IMG/VR virus record: IMGVR_UViG_3300022744_000026 | Span: 14,098 to 78,097 of that record | Source: a virus | DNA length: 64,000 nt | Strand: one strand, 5' to 3' | Shown: positions 43,880-53,403 of the stretch, piece after piece | Layout: every line of letters begins with the position of its first letter | Position numbering within the stretch: the first letter of the stretch is position 1 | Position numbers and translations under genes: made by a program | The notes under the pieces: generated by a model | Databases searched by the model: none | Told to the model about the DNA's origin: nothing | Seen by the model: the letters and a program-made list of their open reading frames with translations, nothing else

Positions 43880-44911
43880 ATGACTACGCTGTTTGCTTGT
43901 GGTGAGGATGTTGGGTTCGCCGTGGTGGGAGCGGGGACTGCGGTTGATACTGCCACTACGGCTGCTCGGCGGACGTCGTTTTCGCGTTGTGCGCTGGCAT
44001 GTGGAAGTGGTGGCACCCCTTCAAACGGGGACGGTTGGCTCGGTGCGTTTTCCTCCACGTCGAACTCGTTCTGGTTTACGGCCCGTTTCTACACGAATAA
44101 CAACGTCAACTTGGTCGCTGGTTTCCGCTTGATGAATTTCAGGGATGGCACGACATCAAGGATCGAGCTGCGGAATAAAACTACTGGAACTGGTGATATC
44201 GGAATATACAAGGTCACCGCCGCTGGCGTTGCGACCCTTTTGGCGACGGCATCAACAAACATAACTAGTACTACGTTATTCAGGATTGATATCCAGATAA
44301 ACTACAGTGCATCTGGTTTTGTAAGACTGTACTATAATGGTGGGCTAGTTGCAGACACTGGCGTCGTTGACGTTACTACTGACTCCGCGACGAATTTGAG
44401 TTCGTTTGTGTTGAGTGTGCCGCATAACATTTCAGGAAGAATCGGATATTGGTCCGAAATCATCGTCACCGACGTCGACACCCGCAGCCTGAGCCTGATC
44501 ACCGTCGCCCCACTCGCAGCCGGCGCCGCGAACACCTTCTCGACCCCGGGTGCAGTCGGCAACATCAACGAGGTGACGATCAACGACACCACGCTGATCA
44601 GCAGCGCCACGGCCAACCAGATCGCCGAGTACACCGCTGACACGAGCCTGATCACCTCGGCTGGCGGCAACCCGGCCGTCCGCGCGGTGTCCACGTACAG
44701 CCGCAGCCAGCGTGGCGCCACGGGGCCGCAGAACATGCAGCACGTGGTGCGCGTGGGCGGCACGGACTTCACCAGCGCGACCAAGAGCCTGATCACCTCC
44801 TTCGGCCAGGTGTCGCACGTCTTCGAGCTGAACCCCGCCACGTCAGCCGCTTGGGCCATGTCCGACATTACGACGGCAGGCTTCAACATCGGCGTGAAGT
44901 CCATCGCGTAA
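43880..44911 (+). CDS. Putative virion fibre or decoration protein (beta-rich, lectin-like)
   Basis: Thr/Ser-rich beta pattern; lower-GC N-terminal half; NPATSAAW C-terminus. Confidence 0.6.
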   Translation: MTTLFACGEDVGFAVVGAGTAVDTATTAARRTSFSRCALACGSGGTPSNGDGWLGAFSSTSNSFWFTARFYTNNNVNLVAGFRLMNFRDGTTSRIELRNKTTGTGDIGIYKVTAAGVATLLATASTNITSTTLFRIDIQINYSASGFVRLYYNGGLVADTGVVDVTTDSATNLSSFVLSVPHNISGRIGYWSEIIVTDVDTRSLSLITVAPLAAGAANTFSTPGAVGNINEVTINDTTLISSATANQIAEYTADTSLITSAGGNPAVRAVSTYSRSQRGATGPQNMQHVVRVGGTDFTSATKSLITSFGQVSHVFELNPATSAAWAMSDITTAGFNIGVKSIA

Positions 44912-44917
44912 CGCGCC

Positions 44918-46171
44918 ATGGATGTCTCAAAGTTCCTAGCGTTTGCGGTCGCGGGCCCGGCCGACACGGCTGTCACCGTCAGCAAGCTAGCGACTTTTGC
45001 CGTTGTCGGCCCGGCTGACACCGACACCACCGTCAGCAAGTTCGTCGCCTTCGTGGTGGCTGACTTCTCCGCGCCGCAGACGGATGGTGTCACGGAGGCT
45101 GCATCTGCTGCTGATGCCGTCTCGGCGATTCAGGTGCTGCTGGCGTCGGTCAGCGAGTCCGCGACGGCGAGCGATACGGCATCCGGCGTCCAGTCCGCGG
45201 CCGGCGACCTGACTGAGGCGGGTACTGCGGTCGATACGCAGTCGACGTCCTCTGTCGTGCCTGGGCAGGTGTCGGAGGCGGCTGGCGCCGCTGACGCGGC
45301 CACGGCGGCCAACGCGCTCGGGGTCAGTGTTGCCGAGACCGCCAGTGCGGCCGATGTGCCGTCAGCGGCTCAGACCACGCCGGCCGCGCTGGCTGAGACC
45401 GCGGCAGCCACCGACCTGCTGTCGACCGTCCTGGCGGCTGTTGCGGCACTGTCTGAGGCGGCAGCGTCGGCGGACGCCGTGACGGCTGGCCTGCGGCTGT
45501 CCGTGCTGGTGTCGGAGGCGGCTGCTGCGACTGACGCCGTTGCGGCGGCGTTTGCAGCCACGGCCAGCCTCGCTGAGTCGGCCGGCGCGGCAGACGCGCA
45601 GAGCGCCGCCCAGCAGCTCAACGTGGTCATTCTGGAGGCCGGCGCTGCGGATGATCTGGTGTCGGGCGTCCAGGCGGCCATTGCGGCGCTGAGTGAAGCG
45701 GCTGCTGCCGGCGACGTGGCGGCCGGCGCTGCGACTCTGGTGACGTCGGTGGCCGAGCCCGTGGCTGCGCTGGATGATGCCGCGGCGGTGCTGCTGGCTG
45801 TTGCTGGCGTGGACGAGCCCGCCGCGGCCTTGGACGACGCCAGCGGCGAGGCGATCGAGAACGCCAGCCTGACCGAGCAGGCGCAGTCATCCGACGACTG
45901 GTCTGGCGTGCGGCATCTGGTGGCGGCCTTGGCAGAGCAGGCGGCTGCTGGTGACCTGATCATCATCATCAGCGATCTGCCTGCCCACGGCGACCGCGCC
46001 TTCACCATCACCGACACGCCCGGCGCGCGGGTGATGGTGGCGACGACGCCTGGCGGCGGGCGGGTGTTCCGCGTCGACACGCCAGACGGCGGCCGGGTTC
46101 TGGTGGTCGAGCCGGCAGCGCCGAGAAATTTCATCGTCGGCCCGCGTCGTGTGTTCATCATCAAGCCCTGA
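44918..46171 (+). CDS. Ala-rich repetitive virion fibre-like protein
   Basis: Three VSKFxAFAV repeats followed by many (L/V)sE.a.a.D repeats of about 20 aa. Confidence 0.65.
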   Translation: MDVSKFLAFAVAGPADTAVTVSKLATFAVVGPADTDTTVSKFVAFVVADFSAPQTDGVTEAASAADAVSAIQVLLASVSESATASDTASGVQSAAGDLTEAGTAVDTQSTSSVVPGQVSEAAGAADAATAANALGVSVAETASAADVPSAAQTTPAALAETAAATDLLSTVLAAVAALSEAAASADAVTAGLRLSVLVSEAAAATDAVAAAFAATASLAESAGAADAQSAAQQLNVVILEAGAADDLVSGVQAAIAALSEAAAAGDVAAGAATLVTSVAEPVAALDDAAAVLLAVAGVDEPAAALDDASGEAIENASLTEQAQSSDDWSGVRHLVAALAEQAAAGDLIIIISDLPAHGDRAFTITDTPGARVMVATTPGGGRVFRVDTPDGGRVLVVEPAAPRNFIVGPRRVFIIKP

Positions 46172-46183
46172 CCTAGAGGCACC

Positions 46184-47308
46184 ATGGCAACGCAACTACA
46201 AACCGACAACCGCGGCCTGTGGGCTGAGCAAGACAAAGACGAGTTCCTCGACTACTCGATGGACTGGTCGGACTGGCTCGACGTCGGCGACACGATCGCC
46301 ACCAGCGTGTGGGATGACGTGCCTGGCTTGGTGCTGAGCCAGTCGTCGCACTCCGACACCCTGGCAAAGATTTGGGTGCAAGGCGGCGCGCCGACGACGT
46401 GGTACGCGGTGGTCAACCGGATCACCACGGCGATGGGGCGCACCGGTGACCGCGCGTTCCGGCTGTTCATCACCGATCAGGCGCCCACCCTGGCGGACAT
46501 GAGTTCGGCGCTGTTCCCGAACTTGCCCGCAGCGGTTGACCAACTCAAGCGCGACCGGCTGGTGCTGGTGGGGCAGTCCATCGGGCTGTCCGTGGCGGAC
46601 ATGACCACGGATTTCCTGCGCGGCAAGCTGCTGGCTGCTGAGGCGAAAGCCCAGCGCGAACTGCGCTGCTACTTCGCGCCGACTGTCATCATCCCTGAAG
46701 ATGCGCCGCAGGACGAGATTGACGCCCTGGTGACCGCCGGCACGCGCTACGCGCAGGAGCCGGCCTACGACTACGAGCCGGGCTGGCTCATGCCGGACAG
46801 CTACGGCTACCTCGCGGCCCGCCAACGGCCGATCATCAGCGTGCAGTCGATCCGGCTGGTGTACCCAGTGCCGACGCGCTCGGTGTTCGAGATCCCCATC
46901 GACTGGGTGCGGCTCGACCGCAAGTATGGGCAGATCAGGCTGGTGCCGAGTTCGTCGGCGTTCCTGGCGCCGCTCTCGGTGTTCCTGCTGCCGGCAGTCG
47001 GCGCTGGCGGCCGGGCCGTGCCGAACATGATCCAACTCCGGTACACCGCCGGCCTGTCCAATGCTGCGCGCGACTTCCCTGACCTGATCGACGTCGTCAT
47101 GAAGATGGCGGCCGTCAGTATCATTGAGGACGCCATGATGCCCGGCAGCGGCAGCATCTCGGCGGATGGTCTGTCGCAGTCGCTGAGCGTGGATGTGTCG
47201 AAGTATCAGGACACCATCGACCGGCTGATGAACGGCCCGCCAGGCAGCAACGGCGGCCTTCGCACGGCGATCCATGGTGTGGTGGTTGGGTTCATGGGGG
47301 GTGCGTGA
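46184..47308 (+). CDS. Fibre-adaptor domain fused to a head-tail connector (neck) protein
   Basis: N-terminal D.DE.LDYS.DWSDWL..GDTI..S.W; C-terminal Q.PIISV, .RYTAGL and S.S.DGLSQS. Confidence 0.7.
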   Translation: MATQLQTDNRGLWAEQDKDEFLDYSMDWSDWLDVGDTIATSVWDDVPGLVLSQSSHSDTLAKIWVQGGAPTTWYAVVNRITTAMGRTGDRAFRLFITDQAPTLADMSSALFPNLPAAVDQLKRDRLVLVGQSIGLSVADMTTDFLRGKLLAAEAKAQRELRCYFAPTVIIPEDAPQDEIDALVTAGTRYAQEPAYDYEPGWLMPDSYGYLAARQRPIISVQSIRLVYPVPTRSVFEIPIDWVRLDRKYGQIRLVPSSSAFLAPLSVFLLPAVGAGGRAVPNMIQLRYTAGLSNAARDFPDLIDVVMKMAAVSIIEDAMMPGSGSISADGLSQSLSVDVSKYQDTIDRLMNGPPGSNGGLRTAIHGVVVGFMGGA

Positions 47309-47940
47309 TGCGACTCAACCCGGCGGCGTTCAACGCGCACTTGAGCCACATGGGGCAGCGCGTGCTGTGGCAGCGCGCGACGGCGTGTCCGTGCGTCGAG
47401 ACGCACAGCGGCGCAGCCAAGCCTGGGTGCCCGCTGTGCCACGGCAAGGGGCAAATTTACGGTGCCGAAGTCGCCACGGTCGTCGGCGTGGCGAGCCAGA
47501 AGGTGGTGAAGGCTTGGGCGCAGTTCGGGATGTACGAATCTGGTGACGCGATCCTCGTCATTCCTAGCGACTCGCCGATGTACGACGCCGGGCGATTCGA
47601 CAAAATCACGATGCTCAATGGATCGGACAGGTTCTCGCGCGTGCTGGTGCGTGGTCGCAATGACAGGCTGTTCGAGCGCGCGCTGTCCGTCGACCGCGTG
47701 TTCTGGCTGAACACGGCTGGCGATGCGGTGGTCGAAGGCGGGATTCCGGCTGTGGCGCAAGACGGGTCGCTGACGTGGGCGGCAGGCGAGCCGCCGGCTG
47801 GCACCAAGTACACGATCGAAGGGCAGCGGCAGCCGACGTACTATGTGTTTGACAATATGCCATCGGACCGCAACGAGCACCAAGGCGCGCTGCTGCCGAA
47901 GAACTTGGTGGCCAGGCGCTGGGACGTGATGAGTAGGTAG
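47305..47940 (+). CDS. Head-closure/neck protein
   Basis: GQ.V.W.RA..CPC......CPLC.GKG motif. Confidence 0.7.
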   Translation: MMRLNPAAFNAHLSHMGQRVLWQRATACPCVETHSGAAKPGCPLCHGKGQIYGAEVATVVGVASQKVVKAWAQFGMYESGDAILVIPSDSPMYDAGRFDKITMLNGSDRFSRVLVRGRNDRLFERALSVDRVFWLNTAGDAVVEGGIPAVAQDGSLTWAAGEPPAGTKYTIEGQRQPTYYVFDNMPSDRNEHQGALLPKNLVARRWDVMSR

Positions 47941-47946
47941 TATAAT
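47941..47946 (+). promoter_or_regulatory. Consensus -10 box (TATAAT) for the endonuclease gene, leaderless geometry
   Basis: TATAAT-AGATAC-ATG. Confidence 0.6.
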
Positions 47947-47952
47947 AGATAC

Positions 47953-48660
47953 ATGACTAACGCCGGAATTTATCTGATTACTGTAGATAGGCCAAACAAT
48001 CTGCCTCTTTACTATATTGGTCAATCTCAGAATATAAGCTTAAGATTTAACCAGCATAAATCATCATTGCGCAACAGCAAACACCACAACAAGCGCTTGC
48101 AACTTGCCATTAACAAATATGGCTTTGATTCATTGAGTTTTGTTGTACTTGAAACGTGCTGCGTTGAAGAACTCGATGAGAGAGAGCATTGGTGGCTCGA
48201 ACAGGTGGTTGGATTTGACCGGGTTTGTAATTATTGTATTGACCCGGCAGCCCCATTAAGAGGACGTAAATTCTCTGATGAACATCGAAGTAAGATAGCG
48301 GCGGCATTATCTGGTGAGCGGCACTACAGCAGGTCAAGAGGCGCTATGCCAATCGAGCATCGCCAAGCCATATCGCGCGGCGTGAAGGGGAAAACCAGAT
48401 CAGAAGAAAGTCGGCGCAGGATATCCAATTCCACTAGGGGTGAGGCTAACCCTATGTTTGGCTTGAGCGGTGACAAAAGTGCGAGATCTCAAGCGGTACG
48501 CGGTACGCATTCAATAACCGGTGAAATCGTAGAATTCGAAAGCATGAACCTGGCTGAATTGTCTGGATTTATTCAGGAATGCATTTCTAGGTGTTGCGCT
48601 GGAAAACAAAAACTCCATAGCGGTTTTGCTTGGGAGCGCATTAACCGCCACGCTTCATAG
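47953..48660 (+). CDS. Free-standing GIY-YIG homing endonuclease with NUMOD3-like repeats
   Basis: GIYLI...YYIGQS..I..R..QH; SDEHRSKIA and SEESRRRIS..GE.NPMFG; markedly lower GC. Confidence 0.9.
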   Translation: MTNAGIYLITVDRPNNLPLYYIGQSQNISLRFNQHKSSLRNSKHHNKRLQLAINKYGFDSLSFVVLETCCVEELDEREHWWLEQVVGFDRVCNYCIDPAAPLRGRKFSDEHRSKIAAALSGERHYSRSRGAMPIEHRQAISRGVKGKTRSEESRRRISNSTRGEANPMFGLSGDKSARSQAVRGTHSITGEIVEFESMNLAELSGFIQECISRCCAGKQKLHSGFAWERINRHAS

Positions 48661-49480
48661 CTTCAGCAAAGACGTTTTCCGCCAGCGGCTTCATTTTCTC
48701 AACAACACTTCTGGCAATGTGTTGCCCTGGCTGCGGTGGAATAATCCAGCCATTTGAGCCCTCCATGAGCACACGGAACGTCATGTACTGGCTGTAGTTT
48801 TTCCCGCCCATGCTGGTGTCGAACCTCACCATGCCCTCATAACGGCTGTGCTGCTTGGGCAGTCCCACCAGCTTCTCACCCCACTGGTACAGGTTGCGCG
48901 GCACCATCACATGCTGCCGCGTGGCCTGGTTGAACAGGAATGGCGTCTGGTGCTTCTTCCCCATCACCTGGGTGCCCCACCTGGGGTGCAGTGAAGTCAC
49001 CTCGCCAGCCGGGCGCTGGCCCTGGCCGGCGACCGTGCTGGCCTTCAGCAGCTTCGCGGCATCGTAGACCGCATCAGGCATGGCCTTCGCATGCGCCTCA
49101 TTCCCTGGCGTGTTGTGCCTGAACGGGATGATGAGGAACCGGCGACCGTCCTTCGTCCGGCGCACCTTGCTGCTGGTGTCGAGATACTTCTTAAGGTCGC
49201 GCGCCGGTCGGCCGTCGTCAATCTCCTTGGCGTACTTGTATTCGCTCCAGACGAGGCCTTCAAAGTCGCCGGTCATCTTGGCCTGGATGCTGGCCGCGTA
49301 GGCGTCTTTCTCACCAGACCACAGCTTGGCGCGCTGCACCGACTCCATCCAGCTTGACTGCGTGGCAGTCACCACGGCGCGCACGGCCTGATTCAACCTC
49401 GGCAGCACGGCAGCATTGATGATCGCGCCGGCCTGGGCGCCGACGTCTGTCAGGTCGACGCGGATCTGGAATTGGCTCAT
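48641..49480 (-). CDS. Neck/tail-completion protein, inverted relative to the operon
   Basis: YA..ID.GRP.RDLK..L..S.KV...KDG.RFL.IPFRH and YMTFRV...S.GWI.P; start taken at MSQFQ. Confidence 0.75.
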   Translation of the reverse strand: MSQFQIRVDLTDVGAQAGAIINAAVLPRLNQAVRAVVTATQSSWMESVQRAKLWSGEKDAYAASIQAKMTGDFEGLVWSEYKYAKEIDDGRPARDLKKYLDTSSKVRRTKDGRRFLIIPFRHNTPGNEAHAKAMPDAVYDAAKLLKASTVAGQGQRPAGEVTSLHPRWGTQVMGKKHQTPFLFNQATRQHVMVPRNLYQWGEKLVGLPKQHSRYEGMVRFDTSMGGKNYSQYMTFRVLMEGSNGWIIPPQPGQHIARSVVEKMKPLAENVFAEAMKRGG

Positions 49481-49487
49481 GCGTAGC

Positions 49488-49501
49488 ATCCTGCCGTCAC
49501 G
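49488..49501 (-). promoter_or_regulatory. Putative late promoter CGTGAC-GG-CAGGAT (minus strand)
   Basis: ATG at 49480 follows 7 nt later; back-to-back with the copy at 49508. Confidence 0.75.
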
Positions 49502-49507
49502 CCTCGT

Positions 49508-49521
49508 CGTGACCGCACCAT
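49508..49521 (+). promoter_or_regulatory. Putative late promoter CGTGAC-CG-CACCAT
   Basis: ATG 49528 follows 6 nt later. Confidence 0.75.
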
Positions 49522-49527
49522 TCACTC

Positions 49528-50370
49528 ATGTCGATCACAGCCATCACGCCGATTCCGTCAGGGTCTGCGCTCAGGGTCTACCTGAGCCCACCCGCTGGCG
49601 CCGTCGCGTGGCGCATCCTGCGCAAGGCTGCTGATACCTTCACGGGGCCCAACGATGTCGATGCTCTGGTTGTGCACGCCGGCACTGCTCGCAGCGCACT
49701 GGATGACGTGGGCCTGGTGGATGGCTCCACCTACTTCTACCGCGTCTATTACTGGTCCGGCACGACGTGGACTGCCAGTGCGAGCCTGAGCGCCACGCCT
49801 GGCGCGACGTACTCGGACGAGTCCGCTGACGCGCTCACGGTGTTCCGCGACCGCATCGACGCCGGCCTGACGGTCGAAGTGGCGCGCGGCGCACTGAAGC
49901 ACGAACTGGGTGTGATCCCCGTGCTGACGGCCCCGCCGCTGTACGACGACACGCGGTTTCCCATGGTGACGGTGCACCTCCAGAACGAGTCGCCGGCCGA
50001 GCGCTACGTAGGCGAGAACCTGACGGGCGATGCGAACGACATCGACTGGTTCACCGGCACGTCGGACGACTCGCAGGGCTGGCTGGCGGAAACCACCCTG
50101 GTCGTCATGGGCTGGGCGCTGAACCCGGACGCCCGCAAAGACCTGCGCAAGTCGCTGCGCCGGATCTTGATTGCGAACCTGCCGGTGTTCGATGAACACG
50201 GCCTGCTGAACGTGTCGTTCTCCCAGCAGGATACCGAGGACTTCACCGCCTACTCGGCCCCCGTCTATCAGGTCATGACCACCATCACCTGCAAGACGCC
50301 CATTCTGGTGTCCGCGCCTGGCGCCGACATCATCACCGACATTGCGCTGACTGCCGGCGCGATCAACTGA
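49528..50370 (+). CDS. Putative tail terminator with an N-terminal FN3-like domain
   Basis: D.GL.DG.TYFYRVY motif; position just before the sheath gene. Confidence 0.6.
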   Translation: MSITAITPIPSGSALRVYLSPPAGAVAWRILRKAADTFTGPNDVDALVVHAGTARSALDDVGLVDGSTYFYRVYYWSGTTWTASASLSATPGATYSDESADALTVFRDRIDAGLTVEVARGALKHELGVIPVLTAPPLYDDTRFPMVTVHLQNESPAERYVGENLTGDANDIDWFTGTSDDSQGWLAETTLVVMGWALNPDARKDLRKSLRRILIANLPVFDEHGLLNVSFSQQDTEDFTAYSAPVYQVMTTITCKTPILVSAPGADIITDIALTAGAIN

Positions 50371-50379
50371 GGCATTGGC

Positions 50380-50586
50380 ATGGCCAAGACCACCAACGAT
50401 GAGCCCGTGGCACTGCCCGCCGACGAGCTGACCCTGACCGAGTTCTGCACCCGCCTGTCGGCGCGCGATCGGCGCGTCGAGTTGATCGGCGGCTTCCATG
50501 CCTCGCAGCGCGCGGCAGAGCGGCACAAGGACACCGAGGCGGCCTATCAGGCGGCTTTCGACGCTTTCGCAACGCAACCTGTCTGA
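50380..50586 (+). CDS. Small hypothetical tail protein
   Basis: GAGG ribosome-binding site; directly upstream of the sheath gene. Confidence 0.65.
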   Translation: MAKTTNDEPVALPADELTLTEFCTRLSARDRRVELIGGFHASQRAAERHKDTEAAYQAAFDAFATQPV

Positions 50587-50594
50587 GGTAGACC

Positions 50595-52310
50595 ATGAGC
50601 GTATTTTTCAACGGCCGGTTGCTGGTCAGCCCCACCGTTCAGTCGGTGGTGGACGATTCCGCGATGGCCAATCGCAACCTTTCGGTTGGCAACGTCGTGG
50701 CCCTGGTGGGCCGTTCCAGTGGCGGTCAGCCGAACACGGCACTGACGTTCGGCTCGCCCAGCGAGGCCATCGCCACGCTGCGTGATGGCGAACTGCTCAC
50801 GGCGGCGCTGAAGGCCTTCGATCCGAGCGCGCAGACCGGCGGCCCGGCTTCGGTGGTGGCCGTGCGCGTCAACCCGGCGACGCAGGCCAGCCTGGCGCTG
50901 CTGGATGGCGCGTCGGCCACGGTGGTCAACCTCGTGTCGACCGACTATGGCCTGTGGACGAACCAGATCAAGCTGAAAATCGAGGCTGCCACCACGGCGG
51001 GCCGCAAGCTCACCACGCAGGTCGGCAACAGCTACTTCAGCCAGGACGACGTGCTGCGCAACGCCTTCACGGTGCGCTACACCGGTGGCGCTGCGTCGGC
51101 GCAGATGACCGTCAACGGCACCACGGTGACGCTGGCGGCTCCCACCGGCACTACGGTGGCGACCATCGATCTGGCGACGTACCCGACGATCCAGCAACTG
51201 GTGGACCGCATCAACGTGGTCACCGGCTTCACTGCTGCCGTGCTCGACGGCAACGGCGCCGCGCCGACGCTGCAGGGCCTGGACTTCGTGACCGCGCAGG
51301 ACGTGAAGACCGCCACCTACACCGCCACGGCGCACCTGCAGGCGATCGTGGACTGGTTCAACGGACTGGGCGAGGGCTTCGTGACCGCCACGCGCCCGGC
51401 CGGCGTCGGCACGCTGCCGGCGGTGCTGCCGTTCACCTACCTGGCTGGTGCCGTCGACGGCGTGGTGACCAACACCGAGTGGTCGAACGCCTTCACCACG
51501 CTCCAGACGGTGGATGTGCAGTGGGTGGTCCCGGTCTCCAGCGACCCGAGCATCCACGCCATGGCTGACTCGCACGTCGCGTTCATGTCCGGCGTCGGCC
51601 GCATGGAGCGCCGCGCGATCTGCGGTGCGCCGGCCGGCACCAGCGATGCGACGGCGATCACGCTGGCGAAGGCCATCAACAGCGATCGCACGTCGCTGGT
51701 GCACCTCGGCTACTACGACTTCAATGCCGCCGGCACGCTGACGCTGTACCCGCCCTACATGACCGCCGCCCTGCTGGCCGGCGCGTTCTCGGGCGTGAAT
51801 CCCGGCACCTCGCTGACCAACAAGACCATCAAGGTCCGCGGCCTGGAGCGCAAGCTGCGCAACCCGACCGACACCGACGCGCTCATCACCGGCGGCGTGC
51901 TGTGCGTGGAAGACACCGCGCAGGGCTTCAAGGTGGTCAAGTCGATCAGCACGTGGCTGGTGAATGACAACTACAACCGCGTGGAAGTGAGCACCGGAGT
52001 GGCGCTGGACTTCGTGGCGCGCAATGTCCGGCTGGCTCTGGATGTGCTGCGGGGGGAGAAGGGCAACGCGATGGCCCTGGCTCGCGCCAAGTCGATCGTC
52101 CGCGGCACGCTCACCGAGTTGGCGCGCGACGAGCCGCAGGGCCCCGGCGTGCTGGCTGGCGACGCCACGAACCCGGCGTTCAAGGGCATCTCGGTGTCGC
52201 TGGACGGCGACGTGATGCGTGTGGAGTTCCAGTGCTCGCCTGTCGTGCCCACGAACTACATCCTCGTGTCGATTTTTGCGACGCCGTTCCAAGCCACCGT
52301 TACCGGCTGA
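50595..52310 (+). CDS. Contractile tail sheath protein
   Basis: 571 aa; ALVG.S.GG.P, SLTNK, L..GGV...E, K.ISTW and V.P.NYI. Confidence 0.9.
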   Translation: MSVFFNGRLLVSPTVQSVVDDSAMANRNLSVGNVVALVGRSSGGQPNTALTFGSPSEAIATLRDGELLTAALKAFDPSAQTGGPASVVAVRVNPATQASLALLDGASATVVNLVSTDYGLWTNQIKLKIEAATTAGRKLTTQVGNSYFSQDDVLRNAFTVRYTGGAASAQMTVNGTTVTLAAPTGTTVATIDLATYPTIQQLVDRINVVTGFTAAVLDGNGAAPTLQGLDFVTAQDVKTATYTATAHLQAIVDWFNGLGEGFVTATRPAGVGTLPAVLPFTYLAGAVDGVVTNTEWSNAFTTLQTVDVQWVVPVSSDPSIHAMADSHVAFMSGVGRMERRAICGAPAGTSDATAITLAKAINSDRTSLVHLGYYDFNAAGTLTLYPPYMTAALLAGAFSGVNPGTSLTNKTIKVRGLERKLRNPTDTDALITGGVLCVEDTAQGFKVVKSISTWLVNDNYNRVEVSTGVALDFVARNVRLALDVLRGEKGNAMALARAKSIVRGTLTELARDEPQGPGVLAGDATNPAFKGISVSLDGDVMRVEFQCSPVVPTNYILVSIFATPFQATVTG

Positions 52311-52322
52311 TGAGAGGTTGAT

Positions 52323-52751
52323 ATGAAAGTGAACCAGAATGTCCGGTCGGCGAACCGCCTGGCCATCTTCTTCGACGGCAAGCAGATCGGCGCTCTGCAG
52401 TCGGTCCGCCAGTCGGATGACTATGGCCTGGAGGGTGTGTACGGAATTGGGGACATCAATCCCGTAGAGCACGTGCCCACAGCGGCCCGCTACACGCTGT
52501 CGGTCAGCAACGTCGTGCTGCGCAAGGGCGACATGCGCAGCGCCGGCCTGATCCCCGAAAACGGCGCGGCTGCGCTGCAAGGTCTGGTGTTCGACATCGT
52601 CCAACTGGACAAGGACACCGGCGAGGAGCTGCGCAAGTACACCGGCTGCAGCTACGCCAGCGGCGACATCGACGTCAGCCGCAACGCCATCGTCATGGCC
52701 AACGCCAGCTTCATGGCGCTGGACGTGAGCGGCGGCGCCCCCACCGTCTGA
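52323..52751 (+). CDS. Tail tube protein
   Basis: SAN......DGKQIG..QS....DYG.EGVYGIG...P.EHV; follows the sheath gene. Confidence 0.88.
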   Translation: MKVNQNVRSANRLAIFFDGKQIGALQSVRQSDDYGLEGVYGIGDINPVEHVPTAARYTLSVSNVVLRKGDMRSAGLIPENGAAALQGLVFDIVQLDKDTGEELRKYTGCSYASGDIDVSRNAIVMANASFMALDVSGGAPTV

Positions 52752-52765
52752 ACTGAGGCAACATC

Positions 52766-52996
52766 ATGAGCAAGTCCAACAAAGACAAGATCAGCTCGAC
52801 GGGCTTCGTCGGCATGACATCGACCGACTCCGTCAACATCTTCGAGATGGCGACCATCCTGAAGATCACGCCGTCTGCCGTGCGCCAGCGCGTGGCCGCC
52901 GGCACGCTGCCGCAGCCGCGCTACGATGGCCGCGGCGAGCGCACGTGGCTCAAGTCCGACCTCACCACGGCTGGCATCACTGCCGTGGTGCCGTGA
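52766..52996 (+). CDS. Small HTH (AlpA/Xis-like) protein
   Basis: EMATILKITPSAVRQRVAAGTLPQP......W. Confidence 0.65.
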   Translation: MSKSNKDKISSTGFVGMTSTDSVNIFEMATILKITPSAVRQRVAAGTLPQPRYDGRGERTWLKSDLTTAGITAVVP

Positions 52997-53005
52997 CGGC
53001 ACACT
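52992..53005 (+). promoter_or_regulatory. Putative late promoter CGTGAC-GG-CACACT (leadered)
   Basis: Upstream of the chaperone gene; followed by hairpin CGCCGCCC-act-GGGCGGCG and a GGAG site. Confidence 0.7.
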
Positions 53006-53058
53006 GACCCTACCTGCAAACAGCGCCGCCCACTGGGCGGCGTTCTCATGGAGCCTAC

Positions 53059-53403
53059 ATGCGCACACCTGCCCCTGGTGATTTCCCTGTCGACGTCGAG
53101 GGCGTCGGAAGTTTCGTCTTCGGCCGCAGGACGCTGCGCGATGAACTGCGGATCTCGGCAGAGATCGCCCGCACGAACGAGGGTGTCGACACCAACAACG
53201 CCCAGCCAGGTACGCCGGAGTACTTCCTCGCGCAGGTTGGTGGCTGGATGGCCGTGCTGCGAGTCCTGACTGTCAACGCCCCGGCCGAGTGGGATCTCGA
53301 CACGATGGACCCGCTGGACGAGACGACGTACCAGAAACTCGCGCTGGCCCATGCGGCGCTGCGCGAAAAGGAGGGCTCTTTTCGCCGAGGAGCAAAGCCG
53401 TAG
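53059..53403 (+). CDS. Tail assembly chaperone
   Basis: Position between the tube and tape-measure genes; size. Confidence 0.75.
   Translation: MRTPAPGDFPVDVEGVGSFVFGRRTLRDELRISAEIARTNEGVDTNNAQPGTPEYFLAQVGGWMAVLRVLTVNAPAEWDLDTMDPLDETTYQKLALAHAALREKEGSFRRGAKP

Noticed and set aside
47953-48660. Group I intron around the GIY-YIG gene
   Set aside because: Both flanking genes appear complete and convergent, and there is no non-coding space for an intron core.
50547-52604. Long minus-strand ORFs opposite the sheath, and likewise opposite terL (11623-13224) and the capsid (40421-42583)
   Set aside because: Antisense shadows caused by high-GC codon bias; the plus-strand frames carry the recognisable motifs.
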